From IMG/VR virus record IMGVR_UViG_3300012665_000316, positions 17,287 through 81,286 of that record: a stretch of DNA of 64,000 nt. One strand, 5' to 3'. The position numbers and the translations under genes were made by a program. The notes under the pieces are model-generated. The model did not search any database. It saw only the letters and a list, made by a program, of their open reading frames with translations, and was not told where the DNA came from. The DNA is from a virus (Duplodnaviria > Caudoviricetes). This document shows positions 1 through 13,500 of the stretch, one piece after another; the first letter of the stretch is position 1; each line of letters opens with the position of its first letter.

Positions 1-1
1 A

Positions 2-3000
2 TTAAGTGTGTATGCTAAAAAAGGAAGTGCGCAATCGTTTGATATAGTTGCAACATTTAGCGGATATGATACAGTTGTAAGTAGATTAAATTACGATTTT
101 ACCAATACTACTTTTACAGCTTCCAATGACGGTACTGACGGTTTAATATCTGAGGATTACGGCCGTTTGGAATTAGATAACGGTTGGAACAGGATATGGT
201 TAACTGTATATGACACTACTGGTTTAAACACTGCACTAACATATACAATATATCCTCGAGGAAATGCTGGATTTGCAGGGTTTACTAGAATTTACGGATG
301 TCAGTTACAAAATTCTAGTGACCCGTCATTTTACTTAGAAACTAAAGACGGCGAGTATACATCACATGCTAATTTTAATATTACTGGAGCAGGGTCTGGT
401 GTAGAAGTAGTAGCTGATGAAGTTCGATCAGGAGCAGTATTCAACACACGATTAACAGACATTGGATTAGGAACTGGCGGTAGAGGATATTCTATTGCAT
501 CAAATAATGCACAGGGCGGCGATGATACATTAATCATATTAGCAGGTTCCGACGAAGGCACTGCTACAAATTACACTGGCATGAGAGCTTTTATACGAAG
601 CGGCACCGGAGCAGGACAATACGGTTATATCTCTAACTATAATTCGACTAGTAAGTTTGCACAAGTACTTAAAGAATCGTTTGGATCTATTGTTATTAAT
701 TCAACTTCTGAAACTACAGACAGTTTCACAGTGGGCGATCCGTCTATGGTGGCAAATTTGTACATAGATCAGCCAGTACAATTTATTCCTACGTATTATT
801 CTACTAATGTAACTAGGGTGTCTGCAAATACAGTTACCGTTTTAGCAACAACCGGTGGGTCTACAAATACAGTTTCAGTTAGTAGTACTCTCAAACTAGC
901 AGTTAATATGCCTGTTAAATTTGTTGGAACTGCTGCTGGCCAGCTGTCAACAGAATTTACATACTATATTAAGGAAATTTTAGGAGTTCAAACAATTACT
1001 CTTAGTACTTCACCATTTGGTCCACAGTGGCCGTTAAGTCCGGTGACTAATATATCTGCATTGACAATGATTCATCCTGAATATACTAGCTATATCACTG
1101 CACCGACTGCTAATATGATAGATCTAATGCCAATTTCGTTTACCGGAACTGCTATTAGTAGTATTATAGTTGGTCAAATATACTATGTCAGCGAAGTTAT
1201 AGATAGTAATACATTTACCATTGCAAGTAATATTTCAGAATTTACTATAACCGGCACAGCGGCAACGACAAATTATTTGACCACTACTGGAGCAACTAGT
1301 TTAGTACCATTGAATACTATATATTTTTCTGGTAATGTGTTTGGAGGAGTCAGTGCCGCAACAAAATATTACATAAGCAATATTATAAATTCGTCAACAT
1401 TTACTATTGCAGAATCATTAATTGAAGTTAATGTATCAGCAACTGAAGTTACTACAAACTTAATTACAGTAGAATCAACAGTTGGTTTTACTCCTGATTT
1501 TCCAATTATTTTTAGAGGCAATCAGTTTGGCGGGTTGACTACAGAGACAGTATTTTACATACTTGCGATTAATGACGGAACATCATTTACTGTGGCAGCA
1601 AGTCCAGGCGGCAGCGCAGTAAATTTAACTTCAGAAATTGGCAGTATGCAAGCATTTACTGCGGATAGCTCTCCTACATTAGCTAGCTCTTCAGGTAGCA
1701 TGACTGGAACAACAACTAATGTTAAAACAACATTAACGCATGGAATAGGATCTATGAATGGTACATTCTCAACTAGCTTATTTGGAAACGTAGTTAGCGG
1801 AGATACTTACTATATTAAAACTATCGATACTGATTCATTTACAGTATCGAGCACAGTTGGGGGCTCAACATTTGCACTCAAGACTGATCTTGGTTCAATG
1901 AACATGGGAGAAGTTGGATGGGATCATATAAATCCAGGAACTCCTATTGAAGCAGCACTAACTAATTCTTCTGTTTATTTTATAGAGCCTCGATTAACAT
2001 TCTCATCTCCTGAATATAGTCAAGTTACATCTAGTTTAACTACACTATCAGGGGTTGTATGGGAATCAATCGAATATGGTAACGGCGTTGCAATAGCATT
2101 ACCAAGCGGTGGCCAAATTGCTAATAGATCAACTAACGGCACAACTTGGACGCCAATTACTTTACCAGTGGTGTCTACTTGGACTGATATAGCTTACGGA
2201 AAAAATTATTGGGTAGCAATTTCTAATGAAGAACCAATTATTGATAATTCTCCTGTTATATATTCAGTATCAAACGGCTCTGGCTGGCGTACAACTACTA
2301 TGCCGTTTAAGGCTAGTTGGAAAAAGATAGTCTATGGCAACGGAAAATTTGTAGCAATTGCAAATGACGCTAATAAAACATTTTACGGCGTGCCAGCAAC
2401 TAATATTACAGGTAGTGGTACAAACGGATTATTTTCAGTTGCTGTAAAAGGGACTACTTACACTATATCAGTTGTTGCTTCTGGCTCAGGATATGCAGAA
2501 GGTAATCAATTAAAAATATTAGGAACTGCTTTAGGCGGAACTAGTCCGGCTAATGATGTAACTATTACCGTTGGAGTCTTAACAGTTCCAGCACTTGGTG
2601 GTTCACCGTTTATGTCTGCTATTACGTGGTCCGGAACTGCATTTGATTCTACAGCATCTAGTTACTCTTCGTACGGTACATCGTGGTCCGCTGGTAATCC
2701 TTTAGCTTCAGCACGATACACCGGATTAACTTACGGTAATGGAAAATTTGTAGCAGTAGCTAGTGGAAATTTGTATACTCGGATAACAGCTACAAACGTA
2801 ACTGCTACAGGCTCTGGCGCTAGATTTAATGTTGAAACTAGCGGTACAACTTACCTTGTAACAGTTCCGTTAGGTGGGTTTGGTGGAACAGGATATTCTG
2901 TTGGTCAAACATTAAAAATATTAGGAACTGCTTTAGGCGGAACTAGTCCAGCTAATGATGTAACACTTACAGTTACTGCCGTAGTAGTAGGGCTAGGTGG

Positions 3001-4534
3001 CCCAACTACTGAAATTGACACAGTTTCTGCTGTAGGAACTGCAATATCTAGAACAAGCTCATATAGCACAGATGGTATAAGTTGGACCGTTAGTACACTG
3101 CCTAAATCTAGTGCTTGGTCAGGAGTAGCTTACGGTAATGGATTATTTGTAGCAGTATCATCATCTGGTGATACTACAGCATACAGTACCGACGGCATAA
3201 ATTGGTTAAGTAGCGCAATAGCAATTGACGGTGTAGATAATATATGTTACGGTCAGGGAGTTTACCTAGCAAGTGCAAGAACTGGTGATATCTCATATAC
3301 TTCTGAAGATGGTAGAATGTGGACACCTAGAGCAATCTCAAGCGGAATTGGATACAACGATGTTGCATTTGGATTTATAGGTACTAACTACGATGGACGA
3401 TTTATAACAGTATCTGGCACTAACAGATCAAGCTCTGTTTCTGCAGGATGTAAGACTAAAGGCCGAGTAGGAGTTACCTCTGGAAGAATTACCTCTATTA
3501 CTATTTGGGAACCAGGATCTGGATATGCTAGTCCGCCTACTGTTAATTTATTTGATCCTAATATTACGCTAGCGGCAACAGCTGAACCAAGGATTAGTAA
3601 TGGCACATTGGCAAATCCTACATTTATTAATAGAGGTACAGGTTATAATACTAACTCGACTATCATTAGTATTCTAGGAGACGGCTATGCTGATACTTTC
3701 CAAACAGGGTTAACTCTTATTGTTAAAGATTTGAGTCGATTGCCTGGCCCTGGCGATAATTTAACAATCGCAGGAAGTAATGTAATTTATAAAGTAACTA
3801 GCGCATCAGTAGTGTTTGGAACTGTTGCTCCAAACATTAAAGCAAATATTCGAGTGTCACCAGATGTAACTGTTGCAACAAGTCCGGCTCACGAGGCTGC
3901 TATAGAAATTAGAACAAAGTATAGCCAGGCTCGATTAACCGGTCATGACTTTTTAAATGTCGGATACGGAAATAAAACTGATTCTAATTATCCAGGAATT
4001 CCTACAAATACTGTACTTGCACCGCAGGATCAAGCAGTTGAGGTTAACTTTGGTCGTGTGTTCTATGTGAGTACTGACCAGGACGGTAACTTTAAAGTAG
4101 GAGATTTGTTCGGAGTTGAACAAGCAACTGGTATTGTTACAATTAGCGCAAGTCAGTTTGGTTTAAGTGGTTTAGAAACACTAAGTTTAGGTGGTATTGC
4201 GGTTGGTAATGCTAGTGTTATTGTTCGCCAGTTTAGTACAGATCAAACAATGCTTGCAAATTCAAACGAACTTATATCAACTCAGCGAGCAATTAAAGCA
4301 TATTTAACTGGCAGACTAAGCCAGGGCGGATCTAACACATTTACCGGCCAATTAATTGCTGGTACTGTACTAATCGGTGGTCCAAACAAAATTAGTAGTA
4401 CAATACCTGAAGGTCTTGCAGGCTCTAAGGTAGTAATGCCAACTAAGGTAACTGTAGACGGACAGTTTGCTGGATGGGATGGAGACGGAATGGCAATGGC
4501 AATGTTTATGAAGTCGTTTGTAAAGAAAAGATAA
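2..4534 (+). CDS. Large virion structural/tail-fibre-like protein, 5'-truncated (frame open from window start); paralogue of the 3392-aa protein
   Basis: Frame open from base 2 (TTA AGT GTG). Thr/Ser/Gly-rich beta-type sequence, repeated W..(I/V)AYGNG.FVA propeller-like blades, C-terminal RLTGHDFL...STDQDGNF.VG.LFGV.QATG block shared with 4580..14758. Confidence 0.7.
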   Translation, partial: LSVYAKKGSAQSFDIVATFSGYDTVVSRLNYDFTNTTFTASNDGTDGLISEDYGRLELDNGWNRIWLTVYDTTGLNTALTYTIYPRGNAGFAGFTRIYGCQLQNSSDPSFYLETKDGEYTSHANFNITGAGSGVEVVADEVRSGAVFNTRLTDIGLGTGGRGYSIASNNAQGGDDTLIILAGSDEGTATNYTGMRAFIRSGTGAGQYGYISNYNSTSKFAQVLKESFGSIVINSTSETTDSFTVGDPSMVANLYIDQPVQFIPTYYSTNVTRVSANTVTVLATTGGSTNTVSVSSTLKLAVNMPVKFVGTAAGQLSTEFTYYIKEILGVQTITLSTSPFGPQWPLSPVTNISALTMIHPEYTSYITAPTANMIDLMPISFTGTAISSIIVGQIYYVSEVIDSNTFTIASNISEFTITGTAATTNYLTTTGATSLVPLNTIYFSGNVFGGVSAATKYYISNIINSSTFTIAESLIEVNVSATEVTTNLITVESTVGFTPDFPIIFRGNQFGGLTTETVFYILAINDGTSFTVAASPGGSAVNLTSEIGSMQAFTADSSPTLASSSGSMTGTTTNVKTTLTHGIGSMNGTFSTSLFGNVVSGDTYYIKTIDTDSFTVSSTVGGSTFALKTDLGSMNMGEVGWDHINPGTPIEAALTNSSVYFIEPRLTFSSPEYSQVTSSLTTLSGVVWESIEYGNGVAIALPSGGQIANRSTNGTTWTPITLPVVSTWTDIAYGKNYWVAISNEEPIIDNSPVIYSVSNGSGWRTTTMPFKASWKKIVYGNGKFVAIANDANKTFYGVPATNITGSGTNGLFSVAVKGTTYTISVVASGSGYAEGNQLKILGTALGGTSPANDVTITVGVLTVPALGGSPFMSAITWSGTAFDSTASSYSSYGTSWSAGNPLASARYTGLTYGNGKFVAVASGNLYTRITATNVTATGSGARFNVETSGTTYLVTVPLGGFGGTGYSVGQTLKILGTALGGTSPANDVTLTVTAVVVGLGGPTTEIDTVSAVGTAISRTSSYSTDGISWTVSTLPKSSAWSGVAYGNGLFVAVSSSGDTTAYSTDGINWLSSAIAIDGVDNICYGQGVYLASARTGDISYTSEDGRMWTPRAISSGIGYNDVAFGFIGTNYDGRFITVSGTNRSSSVSAGCKTKGRVGVTSGRITSITIWEPGSGYASPPTVNLFDPNITLAATAEPRISNGTLANPTFINRGTGYNTNSTIISILGDGYADTFQTGLTLIVKDLSRLPGPGDNLTIAGSNVIYKVTSASVVFGTVAPNIKANIRVSPDVTVATSPAHEAAIEIRTKYSQARLTGHDFLNVGYGNKTDSNYPGIPTNTVLAPQDQAVEVNFGRVFYVSTDQDGNFKVGDLFGVEQATGIVTISASQFGLSGLETLSLGGIAVGNASVIVRQFSTDQTMLANSNELISTQRAIKAYLTGRLSQGGSNTFTGQLIAGTVLIGGPNKISSTIPEGLAGSKVVMPTKVTVDGQFAGWDGDGMAMAMFMKSFVKKR
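2509..2964 (+). repeat. 54-bp near-identical direct repeat (2509-2562 and 2911-2964) encoding LKILGTALGGTSPANDVT
   Basis: attaaaaatattaggaactgctttaggcggaactagtcc(g/a)gctaatgatgtaac occurs twice with one synonymous mismatch. Confidence 0.9.
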
Positions 4535-4554
4535 TGTTGTATTTTATACACAAG

Positions 4555-4561
4555 ATAAATA
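4555..4561 (+). promoter_or_regulatory. T4-like late promoter (ATAAATA) ahead of the giant structural gene
   Basis: gATAAATA followed by a GGAG RBS and ATG at 4580; the same box recurs upstream of most structural genes. Confidence 0.65.
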
Positions 4562-4579
4562 ACATATATGGAGCTATAA

Positions 4580-7500
4580 ATGGCAGAATTTAAATTAGGT
4601 AGAATTAAGTTTGTATGGCGCGGCCAGTGGGTCGCTGCTCGCGAATATTTGGTCGATGACGTGGTTCGCAATGGCGGACAAAGTTACATATGTGTAAGCA
4701 GCCATACTGCCAGTACGCTGTTTGCTACTGATTTATCTTTTATCCCAACAAAGTGGAATTTAGTAAGCGGCGGCACAAATTGGGCCGGTGATTGGGACAC
4801 TTCGATATATTATAATGTTGGCGATCAAGTAAGCTATGGCGGTGTCGTTTATATTTGTACAGAAGCCCATGTATCTGCCTCAACAGAACTTCTTGGATTA
4901 GAAGACGATTCTGACAAATGGGATGCGTTCGCAGCCAGCTTCCTATGGAGAAATGATTGGACTACTGCCACTCGATATCGTTTAAACGATCTTGTGCAAT
5001 ACGGCGGCACAACTTATGTGTGTAACACCCCACACGTTTCTGCAACTACTACGTCAACCTTTACTGTCCTAACAGCTTCAGGCAACGGAACTAATGCAAC
5101 ACTAACATTTGCATCACAGATTATACCTCCATTTACTGTTGGGTCTACTATTGTCATAGCTGGAATTAATCCAGCTGGGTATAATAATGCATCGGCTACT
5201 GTTATAAGTTGCACAGCAACATCAGTAACTTACGCTAATACTACCACTACTGCATATAGTTCAGGTGGTACTGTTTTCGGCGATACATATTTTGGCTTAG
5301 AAAAAGATCAAACAAAATGGTCTGCATTTAATAATGGTATCACATACGTAGGCGATTGGTCTGCTTTAGAAAGATACAAACTTGGTGATGTAGTGAAGTA
5401 CGGAGCAAGTACTTGGATTTGTACAGCATTTCACACTTCAACCGCCGCATTTGATAATACCAAGTGGGAGCAATTTACTGAGGGACTACAGTTTGAAAGT
5501 ACCTGGTCCGATTCAACTATCTATCAAATAGGCGATACTGTAATATACGGCGGCTATTCTTACATTGCAAAAACGAATAACACTAACAAAAATCCAAGAG
5601 CAGAATCTGCTGATTGGGAAGTATATACAACCGGATTTAATTTCCAAGGAGACTGGTCGGATGTTACTGACTACCTTGTCGGCGATGTTGTAAGATTAGG
5701 CGGTTATACATACCTAGCAGTAGAAGATAATACAGACGAAATCCCACCAAACGCAACTTACTGGAGCCGATTAAATTCAGGCAACAAGTGGAAAGACACT
5801 GTACAAGTATATACAAACATTTCTGCAGTAACAGTAACTGGTTCTGGTATTAACGCATCGTTTGATGTAACAAGATCTGGAACAGTATATTCTGTAACGA
5901 TTAATAACGTTGGACAAAACTTTGCTAATGGTGACACTCTTAAAGTACTAGGTAATGCAGTTGGCGGCTTAAGCCCGGTCAATGATGTATCTATTACAGT
6001 TACCGGCGCTACATTAGGCGAAATTGATACTGTTACAGCTACAGGAGCATCTGTAACATGGACAACAGCTAGTGCTTATGTATTAGGTGATTTAGTGTTT
6101 TTTGGTGCAAGTACATATATTTGTACAGCCGCTCATACCGCATCAAGCCTAAATAGACCAGATGCTGACACTACCGCAACATATTGGAATTTATTTGCTG
6201 GTGGAGCTGCCTCAGCAGTACTAACTACTCCCGGTGATACATACTACTACGGCGAACAAGGCCCTACAAGATTACCAATAGGTTCAGATGGTCAAATACT
6301 TCGTGTTCGCGGAACATACCCAGCATGGGCATTTTACGGAGTTATTAATAACTTAGTATATGTTTCTCCAACTGGTGTAGACGACATGTCCGAAGGCCGA
6401 GGATTAACTATTGATAAACCTTGGAAGAGTGTTCGATTTGCTACAGATCAAATTGAACGCGGCTATCAAAATACTAACGCTAAATCCTTATTAGAAAAAA
6501 ATAAGCTGTTCATGATGCGAGAAGTTACTAACTGGATTACTTACACATATACAGTTAATGTGGCATCTAGCTCAAATGCAACTAATTTATTCACAGCAGA
6601 TACTACTGAAAATTTAACAGTTGGAATGCCAATTGAATTTTCTGGTACAACTGGAGGTGTTACAGCCGGTGTAACATATTTTGTTAAAACAATACCGAGT
6701 GACACTACATTTTCAATCAGTAACACACAAACTGGAATAGTACGAACATTAACATTAGGCAGCACACCGATGACCGGTACACTGTCATATGATAGCGCCA
6801 CATGTGAAAGAGACACTGGATATCTAGTAGATGCATTAATATTCGACATCAGTCACGGCGGCAACGGTAAAACTACAATTGCAGCCAACGCATATTATAC
6901 TAGAGCTGGCAGCGCATATATTAATTCAAACTTTGGTCAACAACTTACTCAGACTGTAGCCGCATATAACTATCTAAAAGTCTTAGTTTCAGATGTTTTA
7001 TCAAATACGTTATCAGACAATTATCAAGATTTAAATAATGTTGCATACCCTGCTGAACAAATTATTGATAGTACATTAACTGCTGAGTTTGGAGCAGTTA
7101 ACACATCAGTGGCATTGTTAAACATTGTTACAGATGGATTATTAGCAGGAAGTGCATCGGCCATTCCGGCAGCAATATTTCCAAACTCTACAGTATCTGT
7201 AAAAACAGGAACATATTTTGAAGTTCTTCCAATTACAGTACCGAACTATACTGCGATTGTTGGCGACGAATTGCGTGGCACAGTAATTAATCCGCAACCT
7301 GCAATTAAATCATTAGTTAACGATAAGCCTAAAACTATATCAGCACTAGAAAGAATTAAAAGTGTTATCCCTAACTTAATTTCTAACGCTACAATAGTTC
7401 CAACGGTTGGAAATACAGAACCTCAACAGTATATTATTAATAGTAACGAAAGTACTGCTGAAGAAAGAGTAAGATTAAATGTAGGAACAATGTTAGATGT

Positions 7501-10500
7501 CCTGTCTACTGGCATTACAGAGTTACCAACATTTGTCCTCCCAACTCCTACAGGCGGAACAGGAAATGCTTTTACAGCCGGATATTTAGATGCGGCTCGT
7601 TTGGTATATGCTAATAAAGCATTCTTACAAGCAGAAGTTAGTGCATGGATTGATGCACAAATTGCAGCCAATACAAGTCCATTTAATGGATTCACATACG
7701 CAGGCACTGATCGTACAAAGTGCGAACGAGATGTAGGTTATATTGTTGATGCATTACGCTACGATTTGACATACGGCGGAAACTTGGCAACAGTTATTGC
7801 GGCTCGTTCATACTATGCAAATGGGGTGTTAGTTGAAGTTGGCGAGGAAGAACAAGCTAAAGCAGTTCAATTACGTATTAAAGACATCATTGATAATATT
7901 GTTACAGGTAATACTGCTGGCTGGACTAAGACTCCTGCTAACGTATTGACACAAAACGTTAGTGGAACTGCTGGTTCAGCGCCAGCCGCAACATTTGCCC
8001 AAGCACGTATTCAAGAAATACACAATACTATTGACACAGGTGTAACTCCAACGACAATTGCTCCAGACATTACTTGGACTGCTGCCGGCTTGCAAACATT
8101 TGCAGGCAATATCAATAGCACTGAAATTCAATCAGCGGCAATTGCGTGGGTCAATCATACATACCCGACATTCATTTATAATACCACTACTTGTGCTAGA
8201 GATGCTGGATATATAATTGACGCATTAAAATATGACATGTTGTTAGGAAGTAATTTCTTATCGATATGGAATGCGATGAGTTATTACAGAGGATTAACTA
8301 GCACCGATGTTGTTTTAAATTCTCAACTTTCTCCTACACTAGGATTACTAGGATTTGTTGGAGCATCTGTTCTTGAAAGCGGTAAAGCAGTGACTGGTAT
8401 TACTGGAAATCTTAATGCCACTGCATATGTTGATCGTAGTATCGACGCTATCTATAGCTTAGTTAATGATGGGATTGGTGCATTGCCTACAGAAGTGATG
8501 ACAGATCCGAGCAACGCAGATGTCGACTATGTAAATGCTAAAGCTCAAATTGCTCAAAACTATGCTTTTATTAAGGCAGATGTTAGCAAGTATATAGAAA
8601 TTAACTTTCCAGCTATATGGTCTTCCATTGATCAAGCAACATGCCAACGAGATATTGGTTATGTATTAGATGCCATTCGTTATGATTTAACATATGGCGG
8701 AAATACTCAATCTTTAATTGCTGGAAGTTCTTACTATACATACATTAATTTAGTAATTGATGAAAGCGAATCAGTAGCAACGCTTGCGGCCTATGCTCAT
8801 TTAAAATCAATAATCAAACGCATTGCTCAAAGAACGTCAATTACTCCACAATCAGGAAATGCTGTATCTCAAGTGATTTCAGGCACAGGAGATGTAGCCG
8901 GTGCCGCAGGCACATTTGCTGAAAATCGTGTTCAAGATATCTATGATTGGATTGATAACGGAGTTGCTCCGACAAGAATCCTACCTAACGACAGCTGGGT
9001 TGATTCTAACTTAGTAGCTGGATTTGCTGAACTTCAAGCAAGAAAGGCTGAAATTCAAAGTGACGGTCTTGGCTATGTAGAAAAATTCTTCCAAGAATTA
9101 TCATTTAATCGAGATACCTGTTCTCGAGACATCGGCTATATGGTTGATGCTATCGGCTATGACGCAATGTTTAACAGTAACTTTGCTTCAATTACAGTTG
9201 GCAGAAGTTATAACCGAGCAATTTCTTCAGCAGTATTAGTATTAGCCGAGCAAAAATCAGCAAGTTTAGGACTAATTAATTTCTTAAAATATAAAATTCA
9301 AGGAATTATAGTCAACGGTGCAATTGCAAAAACATCAACAGTCATCGATAACATTGTTGACTCAATCAACGGTGGTGCAACTCCTAAGCTGTCATGGCCT
9401 AGTTACTCAACGGTTGACGCAGAAAACTATGCAGCCGCAAAATTGATTTGGGAAAACAAATCATTTGTAGAAGCAGAAGTATTGCAATATATTTCAAATA
9501 ATTATCCAGCTGTTGAATATAACAAGGCATTGTGTGCTCGAGATGTTGGTTATATCATTGATGCTATACGTTACGATTTAACCTACGGCGGAAATGTAGC
9601 AACTAGACAATCAGCAATTTCTTATTATTCTCAAATAACTGATGGGCTTCAAATTGACAGTAACGATTTAACTGCTACAATTAATGCTTACGGTCAAATG
9701 AAAACTGTTATTCAAGCAATTTCGCAAAACGGTGCATACTCTGCACTACAAAATAAAGTAGCTAGATTAACAGGCCCAACAGGCGATGCAACATCTGCAA
9801 CAACTGTTGGCACATTAATACAAAATGCTATTAATTATATTACAGATCCAGATGCTAACCCAATTACCGAATCACTACCTAGTACTTCTTGGGTATCTCC
9901 TAGCATTGTTTCTGTACATTCGTTATTGCAAACTAACAAGGCAACAATCCAAGCTCAAATAACAACATTTATTGCTACAAACTATCCAAATTTAGTATAC
10001 AATAGTGCAATATGCGAGCGAGATGTAGGCTATATTATCGATGGTATCGGTTATGACCTAATGTTTAACAGCAATTATAGATCTGTTAAAGCCGGTATGA
10101 GTTATTATCAAGCTCAAGCATCTTTGGTTATAGGCGATCAAAAGCGAGCAACTTTACAATCTTACCGAGAGTTAGCCGGAATTATAGCTTCTTATGCCAA
10201 CACCAACACTGTTGCAATAGCAAGTATAAGAGCAAACATGGCACACATTATCAACATTCTTGATAAGGGTGTAGGTATGACTCCCGAAACACATGGTTCA
10301 CTGGCATATAGAAACAATGTATCAACTGTTAAAGCATCTGAGATAATCAAAGCTAATACAGCCTTCTTGGCAGCAGAATCTACAGCATGGATTAGAGATC
10401 AATATACATCTACTGTTATTTCAACTACAACGCCAAATGTGTTTACAACTAGCACATCTCACAATTTTGTTGTAGGCGATCCTGTGCAAGTAACTTCTGA

Positions 10501-13500
10501 AGAGATCGATGCGTTAATCACTCAAGTAGCTACAACTGGCAATTTAGTAACATTCCAAAGTACAACAGGGTTTGTTGCTAACATGAAAGTTAGTGTTACA
10601 GGTATAGGTATTGGTCTATTGACAGGCGGTACATATTACATCAAAACTATAGAAAGTGATACCACTGTAACATTAAGCTCTACAGTAGGCGGCACGGCCA
10701 TAGATCCAGGTACTGCTTCTGGATTGTTAAATGTAACAGTTGGCGGTCCTTGGGCCGGCCTGAATAACGGAACGGTTTATTATATTGCTACAATTCCAAC
10801 GGCAACATCTTTTACACTAATTAACGATCCGATTGTAGCAGAATCAATAACTGTCACTGCCGAATCCGGAGTAATGAATATTGGATATGCATTTAATGAT
10901 GCATCTTGCAAACGAGATATGGCAGCATATATTGATGGCATAGTGTATGACATGATTTGGCCAGGTAACTATAAGTCAACTAAGGCAGCACTTCTATATA
11001 ATAATGCAGTCGCTGGATCACAAAGATCAGACATGTTCTGGGTAAGCAATTCTACTGGTTTAAGAAATTGTACATTGCGTGGTTTGATTGGCGACTTAAC
11101 CGAAGCAAATACGTACGGTACTAAGCGTCCAACAGCAGGTGCGTTTGTAGCGTTGAATCCAGGATTTGGTCCAAACGATCGAGAAGTTTGGGTACAAACA
11201 AGATCACACTACTCACAAAACGTTTCAATGTTTGGTACAGGTTGTACAGGTGCTAAGATTGACTCTAGTTTACACGCAGGCGGTAACAAGTCAATGGTTA
11301 AAAATGACTTTACAACAATTATCAGCGATGGTATCGGTGTATGGTGTACTGGTGCAGGCTCGTTAACAGAACTTGTTTCTGTGTTTAACTACTATGGTTA
11401 CGCTGGATATATTGCTGACAAAGGCGGACGTATCCGTGCTACTAACGGTAACAGTTCATATGGTACATATGGTGTTATTGCTGAAGGTATATCTAGTAAA
11501 GAAACTCCGCTTTATGGTAATGTAAACAATCAAGGTGCTCAAGCACAGATTACAAATACAGTAACTGACGGTCTTAGCGAAATTCTTAGATTAGAATTTG
11601 AAAATACTGGTGTTAACTACACTAACGCGGCCTACACTATAAACGGTAGCGGCTTCGGTGCAACGGCTATCGGTGATGAATTCAGAGACGGCACTGTATT
11701 CCAAACACGTATTATTGATGCAGATAACGGAGAAGAAGTTGGAGGTACAAGTTATGGAACGGCTGCTAATGCTGGACAGTCGGGCGATACAACTTCTATT
11801 ACAATTGCAGCCACTGATCAAGCATTAAGTTCTGCGTATGTAGGTATGAGAATTCAAATTACTGCTGGAACAGGAGTAGGGCAATTTGCAAACATTGCTA
11901 CGTATGAAACTGGTTCAAAGATTGCAACCGTTACTAAACCGTCAACTGGTGCTCCAGGATGGGATCATGTTGTTCCAGGAACTCCTATAGAATCAGCATT
12001 GGACTTAACAACAACGTATATCATTGAACCTCAAATATCATTTACAGGGCCAGGATATACTGCAACTGCAAGAACATTAGCTCCTAGTGCAACTTGGAAA
12101 GCAATGACTTACGGCGATAACAGATATGTTGCTATTTCTGGAACTACTTTAACTTCTTATTCAACTAATGGTACTTCTTGGACACAAGGCGGAGCATTAG
12201 CATCAAGTTCTACTTGGGTAGATGTAGTATACGGAGGCGGACAAGGAGCAACAGCAACAGCAATTGTTGGCGGCCTTGGCGGACGTGGTGCGCAATTAAG
12301 AGCAGTTTTAGGCGTAGCAAATACCACAGGATTGCCAACAGCTGATCAAATTAGCTCTGTAGAAATATTAGATGGTGGCCAAGGCTACTTGACTCCGCCT
12401 GTTATTGTGTTTACTCCTGTTAGCGGCGGCTTAGGGGCGCTAGCTACTTGCCAAGTATTAGACGGCAAAATTATTAATGTTACTATAGTTGTTCCAGGAT
12501 CTGGATATACTGTAGCACCTACAGTAGTTGCAGCAACCGATAGAATTACAAAAATTATAGTTAATTCTTGGGGTTCAGGTTACACTGGTGCTCCTCAAAT
12601 TAATATTATAGGTGGCGGCGGTTCTGGAACCACAACAACAGCAGTAGTTACTAATGAAGGCGTGTCACGTATTAAGTTAACAGATACTAATACCTTTGAC
12701 GAAGACCAACAGGCCTTTGCAGGATTCTCCGGCACTGGCTATACATCAACTCCTACTGTTCAAATTGTTGATACTTCAGCAAAATTTGTAGCAATTGCCA
12801 GCGGGTCTGGAAACAACTGTTATAACACTACTGCTAATATTAACAGTACATGGACAGCTGGGTCTTCTACTGGTAAAACAAGTTTAGCGTCGATTGCATA
12901 CGGCGGCGGCTATTATGTAGCAGTTGGTGGAACTAATGAAGCAGTTCGTAGCGTAACCGGTGCTATATGGACTAATGCGTCTAGTATGCCTACTTTAGGT
13001 GCCGGTACCTGGAAAGCTGTTGCCTACGGCAATGGAACTTTTATTGCAATATCCACAGGTAGCAATGCTACAGCTAAATCATCTAATGGTTTAGCTTGGA
13101 CTTCCGGTACTGTATTGCCTGCATCAACAACTTGGGCTAGCATCACTTACGGTAACGGTAGATTTGTTGCCATAGCGAGCAGTGGTACAATTGCCGCTGT
13201 CAGTTATGATAAGGGCACAACTTGGGTACAAACTGTGCTACCACAAAGTGTAACTTGGACTAAAGTTAGTTACGGCCAAGGTCTATTCTTTGCAATAGCC
13301 AGCGGAACTGCGGTATGTGCTACTAGCCCAGACGGCGTGTTATGGACTGAACAAGCAATGCCAAGTTCATCAGGTTGGATTGATGTTCAATTTGGAAATA
13401 TTAATAAGAGACCATTGTGGACTGCTATTTCTGGCACAACTGGTACTATTGCAGCCAGCATTAGAACTGGTGCTACAGCAACTGGTAGAGTTAAGGTAGG

